This document shows positions 1 through 15,600 of a stretch of 64,000 nucleotides of DNA, one piece after another. The DNA is from Catajapyx aquilonaris (Eukaryota). The translations under genes and the position numbers were made by a program. The stretch lies in assembly GCA_000934665.2 (NCBI GenBank), contig KZ538033.1:62001-126000 (forward strand), in the 5' to 3' direction. The notes beneath the pieces were generated by a model, which was not told the origin of the DNA, made no database searches, and was given only the letters and a program-made list of their open reading frames with translations. Position 1 is the stretch's first letter; each line of letters begins with the position of its first letter.

Positions 1-3000
1 TCTGAATCAACATGCAAAACGCATATACCATCAGCAGTGACTGGGTTATGCAACGTATCTACCCAAAATTAACACCAATCGTATCATATGGCCGTACAGC
101 AAACGTTGCCATGAGCAACGACATCTACTTCTGATTAATGGTCACATTTATACTGTACCAACTAATAACTACATTAGAGGGACTCTCGTTACTCTAGTAT
201 TGAAAGCTTCATGATTTTCTCCGAATGATCAGGTTCACATAGTGTGTGCCACAGGTCATTGGCACACGTCAATTGGAGACTAATGAATATCCTCGTCAAC
301 GCGCCACTGTACCGATGTAACATGAGTACTGCTCTATGGGTATCCACTAATATTAGAGCTTCGAAACACAAAATTAAACATCGACAATCATATGACGTGT
401 TGGAATTGATCGCAGGCTAATATATACTGAAAGCCGCAATCGACATCAAAGTTCGAAATTGACAAATCGTAAATATATTTATACGATCACCCTAACTTGA
501 CTGTACAAAATCCGGGAAACGTCCTTCAAGTTGAAAATTTCTGGTTGCATTTTACCTCTCTCGTAAGTGCTTTTCCTATGATTTAAAAGATGCGAAAGTA
601 CACTGCACAATTTCATATATAAAAATAAATATTTATATAAATGAATAAAATAAAAATGACGGAGCATTTGCATACTTAGCAGTTATATTTTTATGCACAT
701 TGTCAGAATAAGAGATGAACTGAAAAATCCAACCGGACTGTACTGTATAATTGCATGACCTTGTTTGTACTATTATTATTTTTATTATGATTTGCTTCGT
801 AACAACATCAACTGTAATTTAGGTGTAACTTATAAAATTCGGAGCACAGTCACAGCCCAAGGCTCAACCTGCCCAGAATTTCCAGCCCAAAAAACTCTGA
901 CAATCCACACGAAACTTTGGTCCCAATGACGCTGGATACGTAACTTTCGCACCTCCAAGGCACCAAATCTGGTATTTCGCTTCTGACGCACCCAAGCACA
1001 ACCATCCAGTCTCAACAAAAATTATCCCTAATTTGGCTCCACCATTGTTCCAAGCCCTGAATGCCAGAAACAATGGCCCCAGACCTTCCTTCCCCCTGCC
1101 GTGTGCTAGATGAGAAAAATAGCCCCGGTTGCAAACATGGGGTCTACAATATAGGTGTGCAGCAGCATCAAGCCTTTATCCCTGCCACCCCCAGAATGGG
1201 AACAACGGTACGAGTCCCTTGAAGACGTTTCTGGCCAACAAACCTGCCTCCATTTCCGCCCCCCCTCCCCAGAAACCCCGGAGTCACGTCTGCTGCCAGG
1301 AAAATTAAGCCTATATATGAAGCTGCACCCAGCATTATCTCCATCTCACAACCGCAGCATTCCGAGATGAATAGAAGATTCACAGGCTTGATGCGCTGCT
1401 CCAGAAAGTTTTTAGGGGAAGGAGAAAACCGACCTCTCGGTTCCAATATCGGTTTTCGCCAGTGGAAGAGCCTACTGCTACCTTTCACCTCCTTCCTGGC
1501 TGCCAAACCTTCACGGAATACCAGCCAGAAACGTATACACTGAGCTGTCATACCGACGACTCACAACAAGGATATCTTTACCAGGCAGATGCAAGTAAAC
1601 ACTAAAACTTACACAGTATCGCCAAAATTGCCTGTATACATGCACCTGCCACAAAATATTCCAATTTATGCGGCCTGTGCAGTGCACAAATTCCGTACAT
1701 GACATCGAATTAGATTAAAATGGCAAAAACAGGATCCTGCCTCCCCAAAAACCGGCCTATCTGTCCGGGGGAACCTGCAAAAAGAGCCGAACCTGTAAAA
1801 CCTGGTAGAAAGATAGCGTTGCGGCCACACAATGGCGCGGTATAAAAACTGCAGGGGCCTCTGTGTCCGGGACTGCAGGCGCGACGGACAAACCAACAGC
1901 TGCAGGCCTTTCCGGGAAAACCCGCACATCCAGCAGGGGGAACTCTCAAAAAACCCAACACACACACTCTTCCAACTAGGGCTATACATTATGCCCGCAC
2001 GCTTCTGTTACTGACGTCCAGGCCAGAAAGCCATGCTAATGACCGTCACTCATGTAATTTCCTCCAGGTGGACTCCATTCCCACACTTGTTTAATGACCA
2101 CAGTCGATAATCTCCCCCCTAGCCAGCTTGTCTCACAAGCATCACCATATTTGTACAGCCAGAAACAAACAGACTTGGAGGACCTTTAAAAGGTGACCAA
2201 ATGGTTAATTACTCTGGAGGCAATCAATGCAAGCCGGAGCAGAACCCATTTGAAGAAGTGAACTGAGATTTGGAAATGGACGATGCGAGGTAAAAGCTAA
2301 TGGGGCTCCCCAACCGCCAATGTCACCCGTGGGAGTTGACGTTCATTATTAAGAGCACCTTCGACTTCCATTATGGGGAGGAAGAGCTGAGGGAATGGTG
2401 GAAGGAAGGGAAATGGTGGCGGGGATACTAACAGACATTATTATTGACAAGTCGCGGATTTGCCCACCCTTATTCGCATTCATGGGTTTTCTCCTTAATG
2501 CATGTATGGGGATCGTAAAAATAATGCATATCTTTTGTTGCAAAATCCCGCCGAGGATCAGTCGTAAAAATATATACATAGCAGGAATGATTGAGCTCTA
2601 AAATTGGTCGAATTTTCCAGAAAAAAAAACTGTATAGTGCAGACGATGTTTCCACCTTGTTTGCCTAGAAGGGAACAACAGCAAAACCAGGCCCGGTTTC
2701 ATCATCAAACTTGCATGGGGTTGGCCTCGGGTCTAGTGAAGATTCGGACACAACATGCGCAAGTGTTTACCTGCATGGACACCACATTACCATACTAATT
2801 TGCAACAAATAAATAGGCTTTTCGGGCGTCCAAAACAACTTTCCAGCCTGAAACACTAATTCGAACCTACCGCAGAACAAATTGACACTTTGTTACACCC
2901 CCAACCTCCCCAACATCAAAAAGTGCCTGGGAATATCACTGTACTCGCAAACACTGAATTAATGTTAAATTCCAATACAAACCTGCCTGATTCGATTTTC

Positions 3001-3025
3001 CACCACATGTCAAATAAAATGCAGG

Positions 3026-3026
<1 letters not shown>

Positions 3027-3070
<44 letters not shown>
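3027..3070. repeat. (CT)22 microsatellite
   Basis: Uninterrupted CT dinucleotide run. Confidence 0.97.
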
Positions 3071-3074
<4 letters not shown>

Positions 3075-3629
3075 GTATATGTATACTCTGGGGGGACAGG
3101 GGACATATTGACAGCATGCAGTTGCCGCAGTCCGGCGCAGCAGCATGCAACAATGCTCCTTGATCAGCACAATACCCCGGCAATTACTCCCCGTCGTGGA
3201 AGAAGCAACTTTACGTGCCGGCGCTATTGATCACAGCAGGAAACTTTTCTTCGCAGGGAAATTACTGCAGATGGGAGTTTCCCCTCTGCGCATTATCAGC
3301 CGACACCCGGACCATAATGAAAACAAACTGCCCCCTGCCTCAGACTATACCAAGTCCAAACAACCCCGCACTCTTGCTATACTTGCTCCCTGCATACAAC
3401 CTTTAGGTGTGTACATGTCCGCATGCAGGGACAGATTTCATTAGGAATTCACAAAGAGGCAGCAGCCACTTCAGAGACTTTCCCAAGTCCGCAAAAACAA
3501 ACACATCCAACATGGGTGTCGGCCATTCCTTTGTTGACACCTACAGGGAAAAGGTATCGCACGCCCAAAATATTTATCTCGAGCTCAGTTGCAGACGGTA
3601 AAACTTCCCAACTCAGAAGAGGATTTAAT

Positions 3630-3631
<2 letters not shown>

Positions 3632-3660
<29 letters not shown>
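3632..3660. repeat. (GT)14 microsatellite
   Basis: Uninterrupted GT dinucleotide run. Confidence 0.97.
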
Positions 3661-3663
<3 letters not shown>

Positions 3664-6600
3664 TTCTATTATGGTGCAAGAACATAGTTGAAATGCGAGG
3701 CTAATTCTGTGTTTCAGAGTACATGAAATATTTTTAAACCCACCACTCACGGTGCAGTACAGGCTAAATCTTTTGTATGCAACGACCGCAACAACAAGGG
3801 GCATCGCGTCGTAATTAGCATAAACCACTGAGAGGAGAGACAAAATGCAGAGTATTACTGTGTGACGGATTATCAGCGCTGAGAATTAACCGCAAAGCCT
3901 GTTGTGCTGTTTGTCAGGGGTACTTTCACACTCATTGTTTTTTTTTGCAATTATTCGGATATGTTAAGCACTCGGCAGTGCTGGCGTGCAAATACAGGTG
4001 ACCTCCGGCGTACAGCAAAATTCGCACAAGTCATTAAGCCATCAAATACTATTTTAGCCCGACTCAAATCGCCTTGACACATGTATTGCAAAATAGCAAC
4101 ACCCACGGATTACAATCAAGATTCTTATTCCCACGCTAACCCATCACTTCAGCAAATTCGCGCAGAGGAAAAAAAAGAGAGTACGCAATAAAAGTTCACC
4201 TGCTTTAATAAAAGGTGTTTAAAATAGAGTCAACATTTTGGCTCTATCACTTCATCCTATGGCTTTAGTGCCGCAATTCTCTTCGCTAGCCAGACCATAA
4301 AAAGAGTGGGAGAGAACGTGGGGGGCTACAAAAAAAAAAAGATGCGATCGAAACTATTCGCTCTATATCTCGAGCCCAGATTTGCGTGACTTGCCATCGA
4401 ATCAGTGCAAGCTGCGTGCATGAGGAGGTTTTTCCGTCATAAAGGAGGCGGGTTTACGACGATCACATCCATACCCCCTAGCACACCCTTCCCTAATTTT
4501 TATTTCTTCCAACGAATCAACCCGGGTGTGATATATGCAACCAGGGGGAAAAAAAAGGCCGCAGAATTTTGGGGTGCATATACGCCACATTTCTGCACAA
4601 AACCAGCAAAGGGAAGGAGGTCTGGGAGTTAATTAGGATTCCGCGGCCATTTCTAACAGGCTGGCCTTTCAAGTCGATGCCTGGAGTTTGTCCACACTCC
4701 GACGGTAAATGGAGAGAACAGGGGGGTCAGACCGCCATCCACACCTACGCCCTTTAGCAAGCGAGCAGAGCCTTGATAGAGAGAATTCTTAAGCAACGTA
4801 AAACAGGGGCTTCATTTATTTACTGCCCGTGAGAAATACACATGGGAACTTGTGGTGGGAGGGTCTAGTTCGTAATTAATGCACAAGGAACAGGTGGATT
4901 CAAGACACCCAACTACGTAATTAAGTTCAGGACTCATGTGATACCTGGCACAGGTATAATGTGGAAATTGCGCAACTGTTTTAAAAATTGCGGTGCACTT
5001 AAAATAATTACAAAAGCGGCAGGAAGCTTAGCATGTAAAAACAGGCGGAATATATACCAGTGACCAGTGTTCGTGCAATTATTATCCTACTAATGTTTGG
5101 TGTACATTCCTCTTCAACGCAAAATCTTGAGCAAGTGAAGCAGCCTACTGGAATGCAATTTACTTCCACTTCCATTCTACACATGAGCGAGAGGGAGCTC
5201 CTCCTGAAAACATTCGGGGCGGCAAAACCTTCTGTTCATCATTTCCTCATTAATGCGATCCTTGTAATCCTTGGGTCGTCCAGGCAAGCAGAGAGGGATT
5301 ACAACATGGCGTCCGTGTCCCAAGCCCTCTGGCGAGAGCGTCAGGGGCAAAAGGAAGGAATTTGCAGCCCAGAAGGATCGTCGTCGCTGAGCTCCCCCTG
5401 GCTTCCATTCTGACAGTGTTGACACGATCTATCGTAATTATGAGTGCAGATTCCCAACCTCAAAGCAATCTGACAGTCATTAGCATCATAAACAAGAACT
5501 ATGAACCGATGTTCCCACCCATCTGCAAGAAAGTAATTACCTAATTGAACGTACCTGGGAAACGCAAATCTGCAGTCTACTGTGCAAAACTCATTTACGT
5601 AATATTGCCAGCCTTAAAGCCGACTTTTCTCATTCATAATTGAATCCTCGGGGCACGCTCCCAATCGACAAAATGCAAACACTACAAAAACCGGACCAAA
5701 TTTGCAAAACTTTATTGAACCTGGTAATAATATTTAATCCTAGCTTGCAAGCAGCCCTCCCCTTTTTGGCATGGCCAGCTGCGCATGCAGTGGTAAGATC
5801 TCATGAAAGTACACTGGCGCTAATTTCTCACCTCAGCTCGGAGACCCAAATGAAATTAGGTCTCGCTCACCGTAGCTGCAGCACGTTCAACCTTACGCCT
5901 AGCTGCCACTTTCCCCGCCCTTATAAAATTTCCTCCGGGGAAGAACCACCAGCAGAAGACGGCTTCTGGTTTAACAAACCCGAGGCTTTAAACTTGGGAA
6001 AGGGGGGGTGTCCCATCATTCGATGCACAAAAGATTTTAATTATGAATGATGGATGGCGTGGGTCCACCATCACCCATTTCTGACAAAGAGAACAGACAT
6101 TGTTACATCCGTAGACTTTCCACCCAGCGAAGAAAACCTCGGCGATGAATATGTTGGAAGCCAATATCTGCCAGCTGAAGCAGGTATAACTACATCAGCT
6201 GTCTAAAATTTCATTACACGGAACTTACATTTCAGTTACAGCAGGACGCCCAGTGTGATGTTCAACAAAACTTTCTGGGCACAAAAGCCGACGGGGGTTT
6301 TTGTGGCCTGAAAACCGACAGCGCTGGGATAAAACTGCATAAGGGAAAAGCTCGTCTTCATCTCACTATAACCCTATAACCGCGTAATTAAAATTATTCA
6401 TTATTTTTTATAAAATATATAACTCGTCTGAACTGCTTCACTCAAGGCTTATCCGGAACAGGCCGGACTATAACCCAAGATATTGGGCACATATATCACG
6501 ACCGGATTAACCAGAACTCTTTTCACCACGAAAAAATTACATCCATAACGCGTCAGATTCGTATGCTATGGCCGTCGGAACTAAAACTTACAGACCACGA

Positions 6601-9600
6601 GCTGGGACCGGAAACAAGGAGATTTTACTTGCATATCCCCTCCCACATCTCTCGTCGTAAAACCAAGAAATTTATAGTTATAAAACCTCCGTTTTTGCCA
6701 TTTCACGTCAACTTCACTCCCTTTCGCTCGATCCCGAATCCACATTTATTGGCACCGGCCACATATGGCTTCGGTGCTATGGGTATGGAGGTGGGGGGCT
6801 CTCTCCCTTCACATTTTCAGTTCACGTCACTTCCAATATTCATTCCAATGAGTCCATTCGGTCGTGGAAATGTCCAAAACACTCGTACCCATAGTGCCGT
6901 GGAGTGGCGATAATCCCTTCGCAACTTGACTGCACAGTGAGCAATGTGACTGCCCGGCAAATCAAAAAGCCGTGTAATGAATGATCGCACCGATTTTACA
7001 ATCAATTTCTCGGCTCCCATGACTTTAGCCTTTCAAAAAAAAATGTATTTAAAAATCCGGTGAATATTCCTCACCCTATTGGATATTACCACCTAAGGTA
7101 CGAGCTCCGGCAAGGCACAATGCAAAACGAGTTTCTAATCATATAACCACAGAGAAAAAAATAACATCGCAGTTTTCAAGCCCTAGAGGTTTATTTCCAG
7201 CCCAGTAAGCGTCAAGCTACCTTTTCCCTCCAAAAATATAACCCTGCACCACAGCCCAGGATGCATCCCTAGAGTGATGAGCGAGATAAGACTCCGGTAC
7301 ACACACACACAAAATTTTTTCGAGAAGAGTCGGAGGTTCCGAAAATTCCCGGGAGGACCAAACCATCTCGCTCAACACTCTTAGGCAGTTTCGATTTTTT
7401 TGGGGAGGGAACCAGTCGGGAGGAGAAAAGGTTGGTTTTTGGGACCCCACCAAAAACCCTTGTATCCGTCCCATGGCGCCTTTCGCTATTATCTGGCCCG
7501 CAGTCTCTTTTGCCTTACCACATTTCATACTGCCTAATGCTATTAATGTCTCGTTGCTAATGGCAATTACTTTCTGCTGCAATCTTCATCGTAAGCTTAT
7601 AAGATCTGGGAGGAGCATGAGGCTAGCTGGTATGGCACAAAAATAGGGGAGGGGGGGGGGGTGGAAATACTGATGATAATTGATACCGACCAGTTATTTC
7701 TAACTCTGATAAAGCGACCTGGCAGAGTGTTCATTACAGGTCGCAATTGAAATTAATGCTTTCGAGCTATTAGTCAGACCGGAGCTATTTTTCGACGGGA
7801 TGGCGAGGATGGGGGCGAAAAAAATAAAAGCAGCGGGATATATAATTTTTATGCGCTCTTACAGTCCTAATTGAAATGTACAGCTTTCGCGTTAATGATG
7901 TTGAATTGTTCCCGAATTTCAGGCATAAAAATTACACCCCCCCAATGTGAATACAGATCCTATAAGTAATGAGCCCGCATAAGAAAAAGCAGTACAGGTT
8001 CAGGTGATTATTTACGCCAGGTAAACTGTAATTATTTTCATCTGCAGCTCAGCCAAAAATTTGAGCTATATAGTCTGGAGTTGTATATACATGTGGAAAT
8101 AGAGGTCTATGTTCTAGCAATATTGTTTCGATGCTATGTAAAAATTTGGCAAAAATTCGCGCTGGCTGGAGGCATTTTCAACTCCAAAATTAGTCTACTT
8201 TGCCCGTATATTTCTGAGCGTGTACGTACTTTTTTTTCCTTGTCTTAAAAAAGAAGCGGGTACCATACTGATAACCTCAGAGCCAGCCAGAATATGGCGA
8301 CATTCAAAAACTTTTTTTTTTTTCCTTCTTCATCTCGTTCTTTCCGTGTTCTTGCTCTTTTAGACAAAGTGCGAAAAAGAGGTCAGCCAGTGATAAAACT
8401 GCTCCGCCATTACTCTCACGGCGTGTCTCATTAATTTCCAGATATAATCAGTCTGGAGCATATGATTTCTTTTTATATTCACTTTGAAAAAGAGGGGAGG
8501 ATAGGAATCTCAATAGGCGAAAATTAATTTCTGTCAACAATTATCATTTTATAGGCACCCACCCTTTGCCAAGTTAAGAGCTAGTTTGGCCATAATTCGG
8601 AGGCGTTTCATTACCTCCATCACGATTAAAGCCTCGCGCATCAATAATATACCGTGTAAAAAGTAGCACGAAAAGAAGATTTTGGTCCGTTCCGTGGCTA
8701 CTTTCCCTAAAATGACCCCGAAATTAAAACGCGACCAGCCCAAAGCCAGGCTGGGAAATAAACATGTTATTTATATTACTGCCTCTGCTTTGCCTCTGGA
8801 AAAAAAACCCTGGGTGCAAAACCCAGGGTTCTTAAGCAGAATACTTTATCAGCATTTTGCACCTCATGTTTATTTCCCTGTGGGAATCAGCACGCGATAA
8901 AGTTCCGCAGAAAATGTTGAAATTCGGCCAGGGCTCATTTACTCAGAAGCTACGGACGTGTTAGTGCAGCATTAAAATTTTCCAGGAGGGTTGCAAATTA
9001 CTGTGCAAAGTTTTTCTACTCTGTGTGCTCATGCAGTATCTGAACGTATTCACATTAGCAATGCAAAATTACTTTGAAAAATTGTAACTGTAATTCAATT
9101 TATTAAGCATTGAAAATTAAATATGCTACTAATTTCATGTAATCTTATTTTGTTCCTATAGGGCAGTGTTAGAGAGTCCAAACGATGATAAATTGTATCA
9201 AGGTCTGAGGTTTGGTGACCGCACGTCCTGGCTTAAGTGATGCAAGGCCCATATTGAAGGGTGTAAGGCCGCTAACAAATTATTTGGAGAACCCAGGGCA
9301 CACTTGGGTGAATTATTAGATAAATCGCCTCCCACTTAGTATCAGGCCGAAAAACACTTTATATTTTTGGTAGGGGTAGCAGGCCTAATTCATCATCTTA
9401 ACGATCAAAGGCAAATTCACAGCCCCATTTCCCAAGCGACTGACGCCATCATACGAGCAACGTTACCCACTCTTTTCACCGACAGGGGGGGCAAAAAAAA
9501 AATCTAACACTCTATTTCTTTTTTTAAAAAAAATCGGCGATAACAGGTCTAAAAACGAGAGCTTAGCTACAGGAAAAGCCAAGAATTCCTCTTTCGAATC

Positions 9601-12600
9601 CGGTGAACCAAGGCTTGCTCCTCGGGATGTAATTTTTCATATCGTGGCATCGCCTCCTGCTCTGGCCCTAATGTGACTTACTTGTTGTTCCTAAGTAACC
9701 TCGACTGGTGGCAGCTCTCTGAATACTGCATTTCCGGGCTCTCAGAAAAAAGTATATCACATAACCAGCTCTTTCCGTGAGCTTTATAGATCGCATATAG
9801 CTGCTCAGTTTAAAAAAGAGAGAGAAAATATTAATGCACTTCCACGTCTTCGTCCAAAAAGTAGTTGAAAGCCGAGTACAAATTGATAAACATACATCAA
9901 TCATTTAAAAGATATCGAGCAACAGCAGCAGATTTTGCTTATTCAGAGTTACTCCAATTAAACCTGGCCCTCTCTCTCTCGCTCTCTGTGTTACACAACC
10001 GAGTTTCAGGAACTAGCTAGCCTGGAACCCTGTCGTTGGCCAAACTCTCCCAGGGATTTGATCTTCATGCGTAGCCGGTCCTTTGCAGTAAATCCTCCCG
10101 AAATGCGGAATTGATGCTGAGTCTTTCCCCTCCGGCTTCCTCGGCGTCTGAGGGCGGAAACTAAAACCTGAACGCAATTTGCACCTGTTGGTGGCATCAC
10201 TGCCGCGTTTCCATGGATACCCTCCACCCCCGGATTATACCGTACACCCCCGCCTACCTTTCCTCCCAAAACCTTCTTCCGGTTTCCTTCGCCTCCTCTC
10301 GGTGCCACGACACAACCCGGAGTGAGGAGGAACTCAAAGAGCTGCATCTCAGTGAAACCGTCACCATATACCTCATGAGCATCCTTATTCAATTTCGACA
10401 CCCGGAAAGTGCGATTCAATTTGGCGCCCAAAATGACAACGCCGCGCCGCGATGTTGCCAGCGTGTGCTAAGATTTTCTAACAAAAAAAATTTGCCATTA
10501 AATAAAATAAGAATTAAAATTATTCTAGTACATATTATTATTGGACAAGCTGCACACTTTTTAAAGAAAAGGTTCACCACTGCTCACTAATTTTATATTT
10601 TTTTTACTTTGTACGTTTTTTGCACCACTGTTACGTCCCATCCACAATTTTTTTTTACAGCTTAAATGGCTTTATACCCTAAAGGATGTTGAGCTTCAGC
10701 TTCCGAAAATTGATTACGTCCCTGTTGATTTCACATCTGCAACAAGGCTCCCCAGACTCATACCCCCTGATACCGGTACACGGCACGTGGCAGCTCCTTT
10801 TCTTTTTTGAAAAAAGGAGTCGGAAATAGAAAATCGATAGATTCTGTATTAATGAGTGCCACTTACATTCACCCACGTGCGGATCCGAAGCCCATAACGG
10901 TTTCCCGGTAATCTCTCGTCGGGCAAAGATGCAATCATAATACACTAACCCCGTTATACTAGGCTTCCCCTGCAAAAATGATGGCCGACGAAAATGACTA
11001 GCGAGCGGTGTCGCAAAGCTTTCACCCAAATGGCATTCGATAGATGGAAAGGGGAGGAAATGTCTTGTAGGCCACCCCTTGAGAGAACCGGTCCCCTCGC
11101 AAAAAAAAAAAGAAGAAGTTTACTCACGTCACTTCTCCATTAAGCCCACGGAGAAGAAAGCAACCAAAATGTGAAGCTCTGTATTAACGCTTCGTCTTTG
11201 TCAAGGACCGACAGCCCTCTGGGAGTAATCACCACTTACTGCCCCTTGGATATGTACTTTTTTTTTGCACCAAAACCTCACAGTGGTCACTTCTTGCTCT
11301 CTGATCAAGAAAGGCTGGCCTCGTTCTCCCATCCAAACGCTTTGTTTTCTCCTTAATCAGCTTAACTGCGAACAAGAAGAGCCCCAGCACCCTCTAATTG
11401 CATCCATCCTCCGAGAGGCAAACGTCGGTTTCCAAGGCGACAAATAGTTCGCAAATTACAGAGCGGGAGCCCGTTGTCAATTTGTGCCAGCTCACGCACT
11501 ACTTACTGTAGCTGCCACACTACAGGGTATTTCATAGGGAGCTTCCCGTCCCATTGTTGTGGGCCCCTAATAACTTGGCCCGAACTGAAAAGAATCCCCA
11601 TATCTGTCCACAGGTCTGGTTATTAATGCTCTCTTTTTTTCCAAAAAAGTGCAAAATTCCTGCAAGACAATTCCTCCTGAAAAGAAACTGGCCCTGAGCC
11701 GCCGGAGAAAAGGGGATTAGGAAACAGAGGCAGAAGCAGTTGGCTAGCAATGGGCCATTGCTCGGGTTGGAGAAGAAGTAAATCTCGCTCACGAGACGCA
11801 TACGTCACGCCCAGGAGAAAGGCCCTTCTTCCAATTTTCAAGTAGAAGGAGGGAGGGCTGTTAGTATAAAAAAGGCAAAGTTATTTGGGTAACCCGGTAC
11901 CATCCTTAGAATGCAGTGTGTTTCAGGAAGCGCAGTCTGGCCCCGCACAATAGTTCGGAATAATGCGACTGTAACAGTATCTTAATCAATCAGGACATAC
12001 TATTCCTTGCTGCTGACTGGAAATCGATCCTCGCTTCTTCCTTTGGGCAAAATCCAAAAAAAGGGGATTCTCGTGGGTTTGCGGTTGAGGCTTCTGCGGT
12101 TCCAGGTCCCTCAACAGCCCCAGGTTATTTTCGACTGACTCAAATTGTGTTAGTACTTGGCGCGTGTACAGGGTCATTTTAATCTACCCTGCATAATTCA
12201 GCAGGCGGGGTCCACTGTTTATTTCTCTTTTCATCATGGCCAGTCTTACAAAGTTGGTGATCTCACAGCAAATAAAGGAAACCAATACCCACTTATTATG
12301 TCAAACCCCCCACCGGCATGGGGATAAGAAGCCCGGAGGATCTTAAGCCGAGGCTTCTCATTTGCTCTTCGAAGGAGGGAAGAAAACTTGCGGGTCCTTT
12401 TTTTTTTGGAGCAGAGTTCTCCTCCGAGCTGCACATAAAAACAGGCCCAAATGCGCCATTCCTGAGCATACGGCCGGGAACAAAATGGCTCTCAAATTGC
12501 TGGTGGATTTGGATGTCCAGGCAATAGCTGGCCGTTGTTGGTCCCAGAGATGGCTCTCCCCAGGCTTGTTAAGCCGCGGTTATCACGTTCTTCTGGCCCG

Positions 12601-15600
12601 GGGTAACCGGAGGAAAGGCGGCTAAAAAAATATGAGCCGGAGTAATCCAGGCCCCCAGGCTAATCCTTGACTTTAGGCTCCCCCCAAAAAAGTTGTGGCC
12701 AGACCACCAGAATATTCCGCCTTTGCTTGCTATTCTTTGGGCAAACAGCCTTGGCCAGCCCTTCTCCCATGTGTTTGGTTAGCACAAAGGTAGTTTGCTG
12801 TACTCCTGTCTCTCACCTAGGTCCTCTAAACTTCTGTTGAACCTGATGCATAATTCAGGTCCCCATACAGTGTTAATATACGTGCCGCATGCGCACTTTG
12901 GGTTGGGTTTTAAAAAATAAACGTCCCTCGAGGGATGCAGAAGCCAGGCCACAAATAACGGGTATTGCAGGAGACACTGCATGGTACTGGAGGAATGCGC
13001 AAATGTGTGGGGGATAGGTGGCTTACAGTATAGCACCATCGTGAACCACGTCAAAGGATCAAGTGTGCACCTTGCTTTTCACACCCTCAGGGGAGAAAAA
13101 GCGCTCATGCTCGTGTGTACAGCTTAAAGCCCACGCAAAAGGGAAGAGTGACACCCTGCTACCAATAGCCAGAAGGCTGCTCTGAAAATGACATTGATGT
13201 ATGCGCAAAAAAGTAAGTTATGCACCAAAAATAGTCATTGTCCGAAACATTTTTTGGCCTACCTATCCGGCCGGTTATTGACCCCCAAATTTTGCTGTTT
13301 ACGCCAATATACCGCATGGGAGGTAGTGGATATCAGCTTCTCATGCGACAAGTATTTTCAAAGTGGACATCAGACGCAAGGCTTCATAAATCTTCCGGAT
13401 GCTCCAAGGTGTAATTTGTCAGGGAGAGAAAACCCGGGGAGGGGTGGAAAAGCATGAAGATCATGTAATACACCTTCTACCTTGACAGATGCTTCTGCTC
13501 AAAGCTCACTTTTTCTTCTTTCTTGGTGCTTCATGAATGCAAGCACACCCCACGGTTTCTGCCGGCGGGGGAAAAGCTCTTTTGAGGATCGATGGAAAGG
13601 CTAGCTTGTTTTAATTACGGCACAGGCAGAGCCCGGATTCTAGATTTCACGATGCGGCCGTTTAATAATCAGCACCAAGACAAAACGTTAGTCTCTGCCA
13701 TTGTCCGAGCTTAATACACTACTTTGCTACGACCTTAATCTAATTTCGCTAAGCGGATTTACAACGATAGTAACACAAAAGAGATAAAGATTTATGGAGC
13801 CAGCATGCGAGGAGGAAGTAAATGCTATGGTACAAGTCCAGAGGCGTACCGGAGGGAAAAGTTTGCAGCGGTTCTGGTGGGGATGAGGGCGATGGCCGAA
13901 AATACATGGGGGAGAGGGGAGGGAAAAAGTGCAAAATTGTTGTTTACGTTGCAGCATCATGTTTGGCCTCGCGTGCCTCCAGGTACGGGCCTTATATCCT
14001 GGTAATATATGGTAACAAAATTAGGTCCATTGTGGGAATAATGAATTGTCAACATTTCTTCCACGTTCTCATTAAAGGCAATGTCCGTCCGGTTGACCAG
14101 AAAGGAACAACAACATATGACGTGCACTTAAATTAGTTCATGATTAGTGTCTGTAATTTTTTTGTGTGGACACCAAACAACATTATTACACGCATTTTTC
14201 GCAGTTAATGACGCAATGTCAGCTGCATCCTGGGTATGTCCTATGCTCTGATGCGGTCGCACCCACTACCATAGACAAAAAAATAACCACGTAACGACAG
14301 CGACATTGGCTGCGATGTTGGAGCAGCATCGACAGTGTGACACGAGGCGTTCATCACCCAACTCCCATTTGTTTCCTTCAGCGGATTGGTCGCCTGGCAG
14401 CGGCTCATCTAATTATCAGAAGCCTCCCAGGGCCAGGACAGTCAGGATGCTGCAGCCTCTCATGGGAAATAACGTCCTCGCCATTTCCACTCCTCATTCT
14501 CCCTCCTCCCCTAACTCCCCATCCGCGCGTCTTGGCATCTTTTCCAAGAGCTGGCAACACATGGAACATGTTCCTGTCTTCCTCAGAGCTGGAAATCAAC
14601 AGTTGCACTTGTCCGCTCTGACATGATGACTCAGGAAAGTGCAATTAGGTTATGTGCAGTGCCCACAAGCTAAACTTTGACAGTGTTGTGTCAAGGGTCG
14701 AACCTGAACAGAGACGGAACATCGAGAGAAAATGTCTTCCTCTCTCTCTCTTTTTTTCTTTCTTTAGTTGGTAGGGAAGTTGGAGCCCACAAGGGAACAC
14801 GGAAAGATGACAGGGTCGAGCCTTAGCCGGAGCTGGGATGTGACAAGCCCAATAAATTCGCTATGGTAACTTCTCCGGGCGGAAGAAAAGAGCAAACCAA
14901 GCGAAGAGACGGGCATCCTGCAGATATACGCGTCAAATGGGATCCTTTTTTTGATCCTGCGAAAAGTTGACCACTTTTGTTATATTTAAAAAAAAAACAC
15001 CTAAGAAGCCAGGTTGGTTTTGACACTTCTTATTTTAACCCATACGCATACTCCGGTTCAAAATAGTCACTTATCTCCAACCGTTTCGTCATCGTCCAAA
15101 GCTGGCACCTCCTTTTATCGCACGACGCTGCCCTTTCCATTTTCCTCGACAGAAAACTTTGGAGAAAAGGAAGTAACGACAAGCGAGCTCTGTGACCACA
15201 AAATACTCGGACATTTCCTGTCACGCACCCCCCCGGTTCAGAAATGCCACAAAAAAAACCAAGGAGGATCGAGTGACATGACGCGAATAATTCATCAGTT
15301 TTTGCAGCGTCATTCGTCTCCTATTCATTCGCTCCTCCAGACGCCAGATGCCGCCAAGAACTCATCCTGGCCTCGGATCTTCCTCTTAAAAAAAGCGATG
15401 TCTTGACACCAAATCGGGTGGGACCTAACTATTATTTGATGGGTTGTGACAAGACTGCAGAGGACAAACCTGTGGGGAGAGTATATCGACAAAGCTGGGT
15501 CCGACCCAGAATGTATGCTTTAGTCCCCAGAATGGACTCGCTTTTCCAATTTGGCCACCGGACCGAGAGACTGCCCGCGTGTTGTTCTAGGCTCCCGGCT

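Noticed and set aside
6048..6057. Pbx-Hox-type TGATNNATGG sites (also at 132, 28222 and 38667)
   Set aside because: Four dispersed hits versus roughly two or more expected by chance; not clustered.
8806..8830. 10-bp stem hairpin AACCCTGGGT-gcaaa-ACCCAGGGTT
   Set aside because: About one such stem is expected by chance in 64 kb.
14691..14707. tRNA T-arm/B-box-like hairpin on the minus strand
   Set aside because: No A box, D arm or acceptor stem upstream.
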